Source: Euglena gracilis
Lineage: Eukaryota
DNA length: 64,000 bases
Direction of reading: 5' to 3'
NCBI GenBank assembly: GCA_039621445.1
Contig: CP154954.1
Span: forward strand, 17,948,589-18,012,588
Shown: in pieces, positions 14,101 to 26,611 of the stretch
Numbering within the stretch: position 1 is the stretch's first letter
How the letters are laid out: each line of letters opens with the position of its first letter
Program-made: the position numbers and the translations under genes
The notes under the pieces: model-generated
Databases searched by the model: none
The model's input: only the letters and a program-made list of their open reading frames with translations
What the model was told of the DNA's origin: nothing

Positions 14101-17100
14101 TAAAGAAAAATTGGCGGAAAGTTGGAAAGGATGAGAATGAGGCAGTGGGTCCTCTGCCATTTCTTTTACCAGTGGGACCCCTCATCGATGATGCCGAGTG
14201 CTTTGGACGACGTTGAGGCCAAAAAGGTTGGTCCACTAATTTTGCGGGGGGAAACGTTGTTTGGGAGGGGGGGCTAGTGAACTACTTAGGTTTAAACTTT
14301 TTGTGGTGGGGTTGGACTCCTTGTTCCTCAATTGGAAAACATTTGTCCCTTGAGTGTCCCTTTTTCATTATCATTTTCCATTTTGGGTTCCTAGACACTT
14401 GCCAAAATTTCCTGTATGTCATGCTTTTTTTTTTGAATAGCTTCCCACTTGATGTATTGGTGTTTATGTTCGGCCCACGGGTCTGTTACAAAAAATACGC
14501 AGTGTTGTATTCAGGCAGTTTTTTTGGGGGGGCACCCCACCACCCCATCACATTAAAGGAGCAGGAACTCGCCTTGTTTCTCTGTTATCCGAGTCTCCGT
14601 CCCGGCGCCTTCCAACCTTTGCGTGCGCCTTTCCAGTACCTGACGTCCAAAGATGCCATCACGTGCCTCCTCGTGGTGTTTGGGTTGCTGCTGGCGATGC
14701 CCAGGCAGTAGCTCCCCCGCCCAAGGATATTTGTTTTAAAGGTTTGGTGACCCGGTGGGGGGGAGGGAGAGGGGTCCAGAGGGGGGGGGTCGCGCTGGCT
14801 TTCCCTCCATTTTCGGTGCGAAGTTTTTGGCTCATGCAAGCCCTGATTAGGCTGTTGATTAACGGTTTGCAGCACCCCCTGGGGGGGGAGGGGGCTGGAC
14901 TGCAGCTAGTCCAATTTTGGCTGGTGGAAATCCCAGAGGACCCCCCCGGGGGGGGGGGTCCAGTAGCAGAGCTGGCAAGTGGAATTTTTTTTTCCACAGA
15001 GACCGGCACGAAGCGCCGGAAATTTTTTTGACTCCAAAACTTATCAAAATGTCCATTTTGGGCCATTTTTGGAAGAAAGTCAGAAAACATTAAAAGCCTC
15101 ATTTCCACCTCCGGCGCACAGCACCAGGGGAATTTCTTTCTCCCAGCTGGGGGGACCCCTGACCCCCCCAGTGGGAGGGAGGTCTAGTTGGTGGCTTTTT
15201 TCCAGTGTCTATCAAAATGGCGTGCCAGTGGGCCCCCCTGGGTCTTTGAGCCAGGTTGGCCACGGCGTTCGGCAAAGACCATGCGTTGGGTTGGACCCGG
15301 TGTGGTGCTTCAGGGTGGCATTGACCCCGCTTCAGCCCCTTGCTCAACTTTGACCCTCCCAGAGCTTGATCACAATCACCTGAACACCCCCCCCCCCCGG
15401 TCGTGGACAAGGAGAGTCCACGGAGTCCAAAGAGTTACGAGACTTTTTTCAGTAAATTCTTCCTGACACCTGAGGGTGACCTGGAGGGGATGCACCCTGA
15501 GGTATAACCAGAGGTTGGCAGGAAGGTTTTTCAAAAAAGAGTCTTGTAACCCTGTCATCACCATACATCTCTCTAAGGTTTTGCGAACCCCCCCCCCCCG
15601 GGGGGGCGACTGCAGCCAGCCCCGATTTGGGCCCAGCCCAGCCGCAGCAGCCCCCTCCCCCGGGGGGGGGTGCTGCTAGCCCTAGCTAGCCAGCCCCTTT
15701 TTGGGGGTCCAGCCCAAATTTTTTTGAAAAACTGTGTTCAAAAGTGGCCAAAAATGGGGTTTGGGGGGTGTTTGGGGCATTTTTGGGGGGGTTTCAGATG
15801 CATCATTTTTTCAAAACTGTGTTCTGCAGGTCATTTTTGGGCTTTTTTCCGATTTCAGTCCAGCTCGCCCCGGTTCGGGTCCACCCCCCCCCGGGGGGGG
15901 GGGCGGGCTAGCCAGCCCAAATTTCTAGCCCTAGCCCAGCAACCCCCCCCCGGGGTCCTTAAAGAGATGTATGGTCATCACCCACCTCACCAATAGGCAC
16001 GCAGTCCCACCCAGATGTTGCAGCCCCGAGGTTTCCGAATTATGATCCAAACGGTATTTACAATTTCCAAATGAATCATGCAGGAATGAGGTGAATTCAT
16101 GTATTCGTTCCCATATGATGATCCGACGGGATTCAAACACAATGTGTTTTCCTGTTCCTGCCTCAACGCCCCTGGGGTCTGCTAGAGTCCAATCACCCCA
16201 GGGATGGATGGGAAGCCCTTCGGTTATGAGGTAGGTGGTAGGGGGTGGTCCTGACCCCCCCCCCCCCCCGCTGGGGGGTAAGGTGGTAGGGGGGGGTCCG
16301 GACCACCCCCCCCTCGCTGTCAAGAGGGGGGGGGGTCGGACCCACCCCCCCCCGAGCTTCCCATCCATCCCTGAATCACCCACAAGGAACCACACTCTCA
16401 GGGAATTTCTCTTCGCGCCAAATAGAGAGATTGAAAAAATGCTCTTTTTTGTTTTCTTTATTATTTGTCTCAAAAACTTTCGGTTGAGGGATGCCTGTGC
16501 CTGGCAATGATCCCGACGTGGAACGATCCACTGTGCGGCATTGACCGCGGGGTGGTATGGCCGCTCATCTGCCTCTTTGGCTGGTTGCCCAAGACCCTGC
16601 TGAACGTCTTGGAGGAGGTGTGTCCAGCCCTGCCTCTTCAGTCATTGCTCTTTCTTGGGTTTCCATATTGCCTTGTTTTAAAAAAGGACATTTGGCAGTT
16701 TTGCCAAATGTACTTTTTTGCCAAAAAATTTTTTTTGCGGCTCAGCTTTTTTTTGACCCCCTCCCCCAGTGACCCCCCCCCCCACGTGACCTGCAATTTC
16801 GAGTTTTGGCGGGTGGAGGAAGTAAAATTCCCAAGAGGACAAAAAATCCCCTTTCTTGAAAAAGGCCATCCCCCCCGTGACCTGTTGCACCCTCTAAAAT
16901 GGCCATAACTCGTACCAGGCATGGGGGGGGCCAGGTCTCCCCCGTCTGGGGGTGGGGCAAGCTTGCCAGCCCAAATTCCCAGCCCCAGCCCAGCAGCCCC
17001 CCCCCCCCACTGGGGTCCTTGAAGAGATGCATGCCCACCGACACACTATTGGCGGAGCAGTTCAGGCAGAGTGGATTCAAAGATAGTCTCAGCGTGCCCA

Positions 17101-20100
17101 CCAAGCACCTGTGAAATGACTGGGTGTGACTGGGTGTGGCTGGGCGTGACTGGGCATGACTGGGCGTGACTGAGCGTCACTGGGCATGATTGGGATTTTG
17201 CCCACATCTGGCTTCTTCTGGCGTCTTTTGGCCATGTTCGGCCTTTTTTGTCCCGTTTTGTCCGCTTCTGGCTATCTTTGTCCATTTGTGGCCACCTATG
17301 TATATTTTTGCGAGTTTTTGAGCATTTTTTGGCCACTTTTGGCCAAGCTTGGCCTTTTCTGGCACTGGGATTTCTGTGTGACGACTGGGTGTGAGTGAGC
17401 GCGACTGAGCGTGACCGGGTCTGGGATTCTGGATGAGTCTTGGTGCTTGCTGCCTGCCTCCTCCCCACCCCATCCCTTTGGCTCCCGCAGTGGCAGTTCG
17501 TGGGGGTCTGCCAGTCGGACGGCTGGCCGCTGCCCCAGCCCCCCGCCAACACGCTCCCCAACATCATCAGCCTCCTCTTCTGGGTCAACCTCTACGCCCT
17601 CTTCTTCCTCGTCGCCTTCTTCTGGACCGACATGCTCCCAGTCCCTCTGGGTGTGACTGGTCCCATGCAAAGTGGTGTCTGCTGGGCATGCTGCCTTTTG
17701 TGTGTCTGTGTCTCTCCCTGTTCGCGCTGCAGCTTGCAAATGCCAGCAAGCGATTCAGTGACGAAAATATAAGCTGGTGATTTTATTTCGAAAAATCCCA
17801 AACAAATCATATTCTGATGCCAGCCAGCTGTCAGAGATATTTCAACAACTGAACTTTGCTTCAACCAGCAAGCTTTGCTTCTACCCCCCCCCCCCAAACA
17901 TGCGTCCACAAGAGTGTCATGGGCCAACAGAATGGGGTTAGCAAAGGGAGGGCTAATTGGCAGTTTTTTGTACATTTTTGTGGTTTCAATTTTTGGACCG
18001 CAGTCGGGCAGGGTTCGAGCCACTTGGGTGGGTCCCCTGGCTTGGGGGGGGGGGGGAAGGGGGTCAGCCAGCCAGTCCAAATTCTCCAGCCTCTGACATC
18101 CCCTCCCCTTCCCCGCCCTGGGGGTCCTAAGCGACGCCCTGGCCCCGATACGCCGCCGGAGGACACATCCCCGGAGTCTCCTCCTGGGCAGGGATGTGTG
18201 GGAAGCCCTTCAGTTTTGAGGTGGGGGCAACCACCCCTCCCCTCCTGGAGGGGGTAAGGGGGGGTCGATGAGCTCTTATCCCTTTATGGGTAAGAGCGAA
18301 GCTTACCCCTGGGGGAAAACCCCCCCGAACCCCCCCCCCTCCCCCACCCCTCGGGGCCACCTCGGGAACCGGCGGATTATCACCATGATCCCGGCCCCGT
18401 TCCCAAAATTTTTTTTTCAGTCGCGAGCGACTGGATTCCTAGTTTCTGAATCACCTGGGTTTGACCCCCAACTCCCCGCCAGGCCCGAGTTATTCACGCG
18501 CGAAGGGGTCCAAACTGGGTAGGATTGGCCCAACCCCTGGATAACCCCCCCCCCTTCGGACTCTGCCATTTCGGCCAAAAAATGTCAAATTTCAAAATAT
18601 CTCCAAAATGAAGCCAAATCAAAGGAAATGTCCGGAGACCTAATTGAAGCCCTTGGAACACTCCATCTACCGGTATTTTGATTTTCCCACAACTATTCGC
18701 GTAGCCCGAGATACGGCCGTTTTTTCGGCCGATTTTGGCCACTTTGTACACTTTTTCCACTGGTGGACTTAGCCGTTTTCGGCCAAAAAAGGCGAAGATT
18801 TTCGAAAAAAAAATTTTCCCCCCAAAACCATGCTTCTTGGCCTCCCGGACCCGGAAAAAGGGTTTTCGAGCCGCAAATGGGCGTTTTTCAACCATCATGG
18901 CCATCATGACCCGTGATGACCAAGATGCCCATGATGACCCATGATGCCAATCATGGGTCATGATGGGCATCATGGGGCATGATGGCCATCATGACCCATG
19001 ATGCGCATCATGACCCATGATGGCCATCATGCCCCATGATGCCCATCATGACCAAAGATGCCCATCATGACCCATGATGCCCATCATTGGTCATGATGGG
19101 CATCATGACCCATGATGCACATCATGACCCATGATGCAATCATGGGTCATGATGCCCATCATGACCAATGATGGGCATCATGACCAATGATGCCCATCAT
19201 GACCCATGATGGCCATCATGACCCATGATGGCCATCATGAGCAATGATGGCCATCATGACCCATGATGCACATCATGACCCATGATGCCCATCATTGGTC
19301 ATGATGGCCATCATCGGTCATGATGGCCATCATCGGTCATGATGGGCATCATGGGTCAAAAAAGTCGAAAAAAAATCGAAATTTTTTTTTTGCCCGAAAC
19401 GATGTTTTTGGGCCTCCCAAACCCAGAAAAACTGTTTTTGGGCCGAAAATGAGCGTTTTTCGACCCGCCAGCGCCCCGTTTGGGGCTGCCAACCCATTGA
19501 CTTTGGGTCATTTTCAGGTAAAAAAAGTCGAAAAAAATCGATTTTTTTTTGCCCAAAACGATGTTTTTTGGCCTCCCGGACCCAGAGAAACTGTTTTTTG
19601 GGCCGAAAAATGAGCGTTATTCGACCTGCCAGCGCCCCGTTTTGGACCGCCAACCCATTGACTTTGGGTCATTTTTGGGTCAAAAAGTCGAAAAAAATCG
19701 AATTTTTTTGCCCGAAACGATGTTTTTTTGGCCTCCCGGACGGACCCAGAGAAACTGTTTTTGGCCGAAAAATGAGCGTTATTCGACCTGCCAGCGCCCC
19801 GTTTTGGGCTGTCAACCCACTCACTTCCGGTCATTTTTGGGTCAAAAAAGTCGAAACAATCGAAAAAAATTTTTTGCTCAAAGCGCTGTTTTTTTGGCTA
19901 TCCAGACCCAGAAAAGGTGTATTTTGAGCCAAAATGAGTGTTTCTTCACCCCCCAGCGCCCTGTTTCGGCACAAAACCTTTGCATTTCAGTCAACAGAGC
20001 TCCATGGAGTGCACCGGTTTATATGGGGGTGTCAATGAAGGGGTGGGTGAGCGCTTATTAAGAGCTCAGCACTATTCAAAACCTGGTCCAGACCCCCCCC

Positions 20101-22448
20101 CCAGATGTCGGGAGGAGGTGTCCGTACCCCCCCCACTCTCTTTGACAGGTTCCGAAAATAGCGAAAAGCTTTCTTCTGGCGCTCTGCACCAAAAATGCTT
20201 AAAAGGGGAGGGCCCGTATTAAGTTTGGTTTATGTGCAATTCTTTGGCTCTGGTTTGTGCCACAGGGCTGGGGTCCAACTTTGCGGAGTTCCTCTCGATG
20301 ATCCGGGAGTCCCTCTACTGCTACGCCTTCTCCCGGCCGCAGTGCCCCCGCCTGTGCCCCCCGTTGTACTTGGTGGGTGCGAGGTCAATGGAAAATGGAA
20401 GGAGCCTCTCCGCACTCTGTCTTTGTGCATTTTGTTCTGTCTTGCATTTCAACGAACGTTGCATACAGGGCACTGTTCAGGAGAATTTGACCCCATCTGC
20501 CGGGGGTCCAGCCAGCCAGCAGCGTTTTTCCAGCCCCGGACCCCCTCTCCATCGAAGAGTTTTGTTTTCTTTTGCAACGGGCGGCTGGACAGTGACGCAT
20601 TTTTTGGGGGGTGCAAGAATGGACAAAAAAAAATGGGCTAAGTGGGTCGGTCGGTTTGGGCTCGCCAGGGCAAATTTGGTTGGGGTAAAAAAAATCCACT
20701 TTTGCACAATTGGCAGTATTTTGGGTATTTTTGCAGTTCCGATTTTTTGAATCTGGGTTGACCGAAGGTCAGGCCTGGTTCCAGGTGGGGGTGGGGGTGG
20801 GGTGGACAGCGTGGTGGTCATCCATCAGCCTTTTTCCAGCCAGCCCAAACTTTCCAGCCTCCCTTCAGAACTATGCCACTCGGAACACCAGAAGGGTGTT
20901 TGTCCTGCATTCGATCGTGTGTGACTGGGCCACAGATGCACCTGACTGTGTGTGACTTCCTTGGGGGGTTTTTGAGAATGGGTGGGTGGGTTGGGGTCGC
21001 TGGACCTGTCCCTCCCAGGGGCCAGGGGTGGGGTATGCCATAGGTCAGCCTTTGGCCCGGCCGAAGGTTGGGTCAGAAAAATAATTTCAAGGGTTTTCGG
21101 GTGGGTGGTTTTTCTCTCTCTCTCTCTCTCTCTCGAAAATCAGAGGGTGGGTGGGTTTGCACCCAGGAAAAAGTGCCCCCGGGGGGCTCACTAAGTGAAT
21201 CTATGAACCGGGCCATCCATGCAACGGGCCATGCATGCCTGGACTGGGTCACACATCTAAACCGGGTCACGCGTGACCGCAGTGCCCAACCGTTGTCCCC
21301 CCCGGAACGGGGGCACGCCCCCACCTCGCGTTCTGGGCGACCTTCCACGTCCTCACCGTGCTGTGGACGTCTGTCTGCTGCGCCCTGGTGCAGGAGCAGG
21401 TGTTTGCCAAGCTGTCCATGGCGGCGGCCCTCGTGTACGTGCCCCTCAGCGTGCTGGCCTGGATGGGCTACTACCTCCGCCTCTCCAGCTGGCAGGCCTG
21501 CCCCACCCTGTCCCCCCATCGTGCACGCTCTCATTTCGGTGTGAGCATCAGCAGACCAGGGGGTGAATTGGCAATGACCCAAGGTGGAATGGAAAGAAAT
21601 TGGCAGAACAAAATCCCCCAAGTATTTTTCTACCGTTTTTGGCCCATATGATTTTCGAATTTTTTTCCTAGAAATTACCCATATTTTCTATTGCAAAAAA
21701 ATTAGCGAAACAAAACTTTTGCCGAGACTGCCAAATTTTCCATCTGCAGATTTTTTTCATCCAGTTTTCTTTAGCCCCATTTCCCCCGCCCTGTGTTGTC
21801 AATGCCTGATGGGCAGTTGTGCCATTTGGGGTGGTTGCATGAAAGGTGGGAGCCACGTGATGGGTTGCTTTCAGTGAGGGGCTCGTCATCAGGGGGCCAG
21901 CCAGTGTATATTTTTTTGCGAAGTGTGAATGGCGACGGCACTTGTAACAGAGATGGGAGGATGCGAACTCCCCGCGAGCCCTTCCAAAGAATGATTGGGT
22001 GAAATTCCGACCCAACGTGCAGTGTTTCATTTCCCGCCCACCCAGAAGATCAGTGGGCATCCCCTCATGGTTTAAAGCACAAATGTGGTATGTGCGTTGA
22101 ACAAGGATGCTGGGACATTTTTTTTTGCTTCCCCCCCCATTTAAGTGCACAGGGTGTGCTCAGTTTTGGACCGTTGTTTCGGGCCCTCAAGGGTGCGCGC
22201 TTTCTTTGTGGCACTATGGTGTGCCACAAAGTTGTGCACTTTTTTGGATTTCACTTCGGTGGGGTGACTGCGCTCAATTTTGGGGTTAGACCTCATATAG
22301 CACAACCAGAACAATCGCGATGTGGTCATTTTTGCGTCGATGCGCCATATGCTTTTGCTTCTGCTCAGGCAGTGGTGCCCACGTTGATGGTGTACATGTG
22401 CGCCCTCGTCCCCATCTTGACCGCCGTGGCAATGCATGGCCTGCTCAG
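10263..22448 (+). CDS. CRT-like (chloroquine-resistance-transporter homolog, DMT superfamily) multi-pass membrane transporter, spliced; both termini uncertain
   Basis: Exons ~10263-10370, ~12227-12317, 13511-13575, 14637-14698, 16509-16617, 17491-17650, 20266-20349, 21323-21495 and 22369-22448. Hydrophobic peptides GHVGQNVALPSFAD, KVSPVFQAIAS, LLFWVNLYALFFLVAFFWTDMLP and VYVPLSVLAW resemble CRT-homolog motifs as I recall them (no search run). Possible extra exons lie near 9270-9370, 11-12 kb and 22970-23030. Confidence 0.65.
10661..10898. mobile_element. hAT-like MITE with 8-bp TSD
   Basis: CAGA..TTTTAAG / CTTAAAAA..TCTG ends; flanks ATCCTAAG / ATCCTGAG (7/8). Confidence 0.7.
12318..13510 (+). 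other. nonconventional intron
   Basis: C|ACCCAGGGGTTCTCTTC...GGAGCGAATCTTTGTCCCT|A. Long terminal stem with G-U pairs; yields KVSPVFQAIAS. Confidence 0.7.
12685..13330. mobile_element. hAT-like MITE with 8-bp TSD
   Basis: CAGGGTTTTTTTT / AAAAAGAACCCTG TIR; perfect TSD ATTGCATT. Confidence 0.85.
15562..15973. mobile_element. hAT-like MITE with 8-bp TSD
   Basis: CATACATCTCT..AAGG / CCTT..AGAGATGTATG TIR; perfect TSD GTCATCAC; internal GCTAGCCAGCCC motifs. Confidence 0.85.
16199..16373. mobile_element. hAT-like MITE with 8-bp TSD
   Basis: 18-bp TIR CAGGGATGGATGGGAAGC; perfect TSD AATCACCC; a related end lies at ~18189. Confidence 0.9.
18893..19352. repeat. degenerate CATGATGCC/CATGACC minisatellite
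   Basis: Dozens of CATGA-based units are directly visible. Confidence 0.9.
19353..19980. repeat. ~160-bp tandem repeat, about 4 copies
   Basis: GGTCAAAAAAGTCGAAAAAAATCG recurs at ~19353, ~19517, ~19678 and ~19839. Confidence 0.85.
20350..21322 (+). other. nonconventional intron (junction ambiguous)
   Basis: C|GCCTGTGCCCCCCGTT...AACGGGGGCACGCCCCC|A stem; yields RPQCPHLAFW. An alternative AG acceptor lies at 21282. Confidence 0.6.
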
Positions 22449-23525
22449 GTGGGTTTTCGGCTTTCTGGACCAAATGGCTCTCATGTCCGCAAATCCTTTC
22501 TTCTATTCTTCTGTTCTGCTATTTTTTTAACCAATTTTTATCTTGTGTGTGCATGATATTTCAATGGTTTTCTCGTGCAAATAGTTTAAGCTCTTTTCAG
22601 CTTCTAAGAAGTGTCAAAAACTTAAAGTTACGCGACAACTAACCATTTTCTGTCTGCGAATATGGATAATTCTGCAGCCGGCAGGCACACAATGAGAGAC
22701 AAATGATGGGCCCAAATCCTCAACAGGTAATTTTTTCCCAAACGTCATACTAGAGCCCTCCCCCCCCCCCCCGGACTGGCTTACTGCCCCCCCTGTGTCC
22801 GACTCGGGCCTCTGCCAGCTTTGCTGTCGGGCAAACCACCATTGGCTGCCTGGACCGGGCTATGACCGATGACCGCTACCTCCACACCTGACCCTCTCAC
22901 CTCTGGCCTCCTCACCTCCTCACCTTTCACCCCGCATGATTGTAGGCCCTTGCCTTCTTTGCCTCGCAGGCGTTTTCCACCCTGCTCATTCATAGTGCAC
23001 ATTCGGCGGTGTGATCGGTGCACCCCTTGACATTTTCCAGAAGGGCTCATTGTCGAAGGTGCGAAGCAGGTAATCGTACGTAGAAGCTGTGAGAAGCCTG
23101 AGAGGCCTGGAACTTCAGGATGCTTTTGTCAGCATTTTGCTTCGTTTGACCCGTATGGGTGTGGGGTGACAGTGAGGGGGATGTGCGGGGCATGTTTGGT
23201 GTGACAGTGGTGGGGGGAGTGTGGGGGGGGGGTTTGGAAATTCCTGGAAAACCGACGTGTGAGAAGCGTCATTCACACCAATATTAACCATCAGCATCAT
23301 GCACGACATCAGCAAAACTGGACTTGAGAACGGTCCAAAAAAAAACCTGGCATACAAAGGACATTTGTGCCTGACCTTGCACAGGGAAGGATGATGCTGT
23401 TTTTGTTCTGGGGGGTTGGCTGGGGCCAGGCGAAGCCGAAGGCCGAGTAAGTCAAAAATGGCGTCAAAAATTTGCCCACCAAAGTGATTTGTGTGCCCAA
23501 AAATTGGCATTCATTGAGGTCGAAG

Positions 23526-23770
23526 CAGGCTTTTTTTTTTAAGCTCAGAAGACCCCCCCCCCCCCCAGGGGGAGGGGGGTGGGTGGGTGGGTCCAGGGCT
23601 GGACCCCCCAAGGGGGGGGATCCTGGGCCGTAGGCCTGGGTCTGGGTTTCGGCGCGAAGTGGCGCAATTTTTTTTTTTGGGAAATGGCCTCAGAGCACCC
23701 GATTTTTGGGGGGTCCCGCACCGGGCTTGGTGGGTGGGGGGACCCCCGGGGTCTTAAAAAGAAAAGCCTG
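23526..23770. mobile_element. hAT-like MITE with 8-bp TSD
   Basis: CAGGCTTTT..TTAAG / CTTAAAAAGAAAAGCCTG; perfect TSD GGTCGAAG. Confidence 0.9.
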
Positions 23771-24954
23771 GGTCGAAGTGGGGGGGGGTGTTGGGGGGTG
23801 TTGGAGGGGATGTGGAGGTGTGTGGGGTCTGTGGGGTCCTGTGGGGGCTCCACTTTAAGCCACGCAGCCTGCATTTCTATTTCACATTTTTTTTCGCATT
23901 TCATATTTTGATGTGCTTTTTGCATTGCCCTCCTCTGGTTAATGAAAAGCCAACACCGACACCATCCCACGACACTCTGGACCCGCCCAAGTTTGGGACC
24001 CAACCTTTGGGCTGCAGATTTGGCTCCATACTGTCATTATGCCTAAAGCACCCCCCACCCCGGTCCACAACAAACGGCATGCCCCACATCTACACATACG
24101 AGTTGGGGTGTGCCGACATGAATCCTCGGCATACATAAATATAATATGCATACACAGGCTCACCCTCGCTGCTCTGGTATTTTCCTGCACTTAAAAGGTG
24201 ACTGCAGATGCAGTAAATCCGCATATTGTCGGCTGAGGTTGGAGGCCCCTCTGGGGGTCGATTTCTGAACGCCCAGGCAGATGCTGAACAACCACACACA
24301 CACGCGCGCGTGCGCGCACACACCACTTACACACAGCATGCGAGTACACACACATCATTCCAGTTTACCTTCACCTGCTTTTGATTCCAGAAAAAAATAT
24401 ACAAAGACAACTCCCTGCCTCCACCTCCCCTCTGGAGTCATTTCGGTCGTCTCCTGGTGCACAGGAGAACAGATGGTTCGAGGTTCGAATGTTCCCATGT
24501 CATCATTTTAGTTCACGGAGGCAAGATCGGCAGAATCCAGGCTCCAACCAAGCTGCCATGCCAAACTGCACCACCTTTTAGGAGCTCCCCAATCAGCCAG
24601 CGAACGCACCCTACAGTCGCCTCCTGTCAACCGGCGATGCATCCGCTGTGTACGTTCGATGTGTGTCACCGTTACACATTGAACGCTCAGCAGCCCCTGT
24701 GGCATTGCTCAACACCCCTGCTTTCCCTCTGAACGCACTTCCCATTCCCACTTCCATCCCGACTGACGATCGTCAGCACAGCGTTGCGAGCCCAATGTCC
24801 ATAATATTTTTTGCTTGATTTGATTTTTGATGATAATGATTGGACGGCATGAACGCTCACAGCCACATTCTGACTTCCTGTGCATCGTTCTGGCAAACTC
24901 ATCATATCTGTAGCAACAAGGAGGTGCGTTGGATTAATCAGAAAATTAACTGTT

Positions 24955-25345
24955 ATATAAAACCCCCCCCAAATAATACCACCCCCCGGTTTATTTATTT
25001 GACACCGGAAGTCCGGTCCAGTGGGGGGGTTTATTTTATTTTGGGGGGGGTTTATTATTTGGGCCAAAATTTCGAAGAACGCAAAAATCGGCCCGAAAAC
25101 CCCTCCACAGGCCCCCAATGGTCACATTTTTTTGGCATTTTTTGGGCTTTTTTTGGAAATTGGGTGATTTTTTTGTCACATTTTCTGCACCAATTTGTCC
25201 CATTTTGGTGATTTTTGGCAACATTCTGTTAATTTTTGACTCTGTTTATTCTTGGGCTTCACACCTGCCGGAGGGGGGGTTTATTTTTTGGGGCGGCGAA
25301 GTCAGGTCCTCAGGGGGGGTTATTTTTGGGGATGGGGTTTTATTA
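24955..25345. mobile_element. MITE-like element, TTTATTATTTGGGGG family
   Basis: Same ends and internal motifs as 2500-2886. Confidence 0.6.
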
Positions 25346-26611
25346 ATGTACAATACCGACCCCTCCCCCTTCCATGTAAAACTTGGCGCTGCCAAAGTTG
25401 GATTGTTGGCGTAAACTTGCAAATCTTGGCCCTCGTTTTGGCTTTTTGTCCTATGTTGCGCGTGGCCCAACAACATAACATGCAACTTTGGCTCCCAAGG
25501 TCGGCTTCCCAGCCTCCTTTGTGCCCGGACAGCCGGGGAGGGAAGGGCTACTTACTCTTCAGTACAGTTAATAAGCCAAACAACTATTTGTTCCACCAAA
25601 ACCTTGCAGACTTCCATCATCTTGCGGTTTGCGGAGAACTGGAAAATGAAATGGTGGATGATATATGTTGCTCAAGTTGTTGAACCCAAAACGAGATCCC
25701 TGTGTATTTTTTGATTGCTTGTAGTCACACCAAAGCGGGGCAATTATTCTTGGAGTGGGCTTTTTCGTTTCCTTCTTTAGCCCCGCGAAGTTGGCTTCCC
25801 TGTGTGATGTTTGTCGCTCCACTATTCTTTTGATTGTGAATGATGATGATGATTGTGAACACTCAGAGGTTGACTGTCCTGATTTCCACCTGTTAAAGAG
25901 CTCCTCAACCCAGCCATCCTCTGCATTGGAAGGGAACACGTGAACTGGCAGTTATGAAGTTTCATTCTGTCCTTTCCAGGATGTTTCGCTGACTGGGACT
26001 TTTGTTTCATTCTCAGAAGCTTGCAGTGCCTGTCTGGCGTTTCCATCAATTGGGATGAAACCAAGTGAGATATTTGATTCAACCCCCCAATAACTTGGTG
26101 GGTCGCAAGGTCACTGGAACCATTTTTGTTTTGAATCACCCATGATAGGTAGTAGTAGTAGCAACATGAAATTCTAAAACAAATGTGTCTCACCGTCGTG
26201 AACGAAGTGTCCATTGTGTGATCAATACGGATCATCTCGGAGGGTTCACTCCCTCCCGAGGGTATCAGGCAAGCCCCCTCTCAGACCGCCGTGGGCGACC
26301 CTGGGACCAAGAAGAATTTTCCCTGGCGCTTCGTGCCGGGGTGGCCTGGACCCCCCTGGGGTCCCCCTCCCCCTGTGCAAAAAAATTTTTGGTACGAAGC
26401 GTCGTAAAAATTTCTTGGGCTTTGATAATGGCCCGCGATTTTCACCTTCCTCCTTTCTTTCGCTCATTCACTCCCCTGCGGGTGTGTCTCGGCAAAACGG
26501 AAGCGGCCGTGAAAAGGTACTGTCCAACGTGCAGTTGGGGCGGGACCCCCTCACACTTTCACAGGGGTGCCCCGCGTGTGTGGTTGGAGCGCCGCTGCTG
26601 GGCCCCCTGGG

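Larger units (their letters stand above)
14699..16508 (+). other. nonconventional intron
   Basis: T|GCCCAGGCA...TGCCTGGCAAT|G. CAG/CTG in consensus positions; yields GLLLAMIPTW. Confidence 0.8.
18266..20070. mobile_element. composite dispersed repeat element containing a CATGA minisatellite and a ~160-bp tandem array
   Basis: TGAGCTCTTA / TAAGAGCTCA inverted ends; the left ~300 bp is homologous to ~1600-1830 and 62185-62480. Confidence 0.55.

Noticed and set aside
18893-19980. Possible CRISPR-like array
   Set aside because: The units are contiguous degenerate tandem repeats with no unique spacers, there are no cas genes, and the context is eukaryotic.
25568-26235. Minus-strand ORFs as a gene or transposase
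   Set aside because: No recognisable motifs, and the frames are broken.
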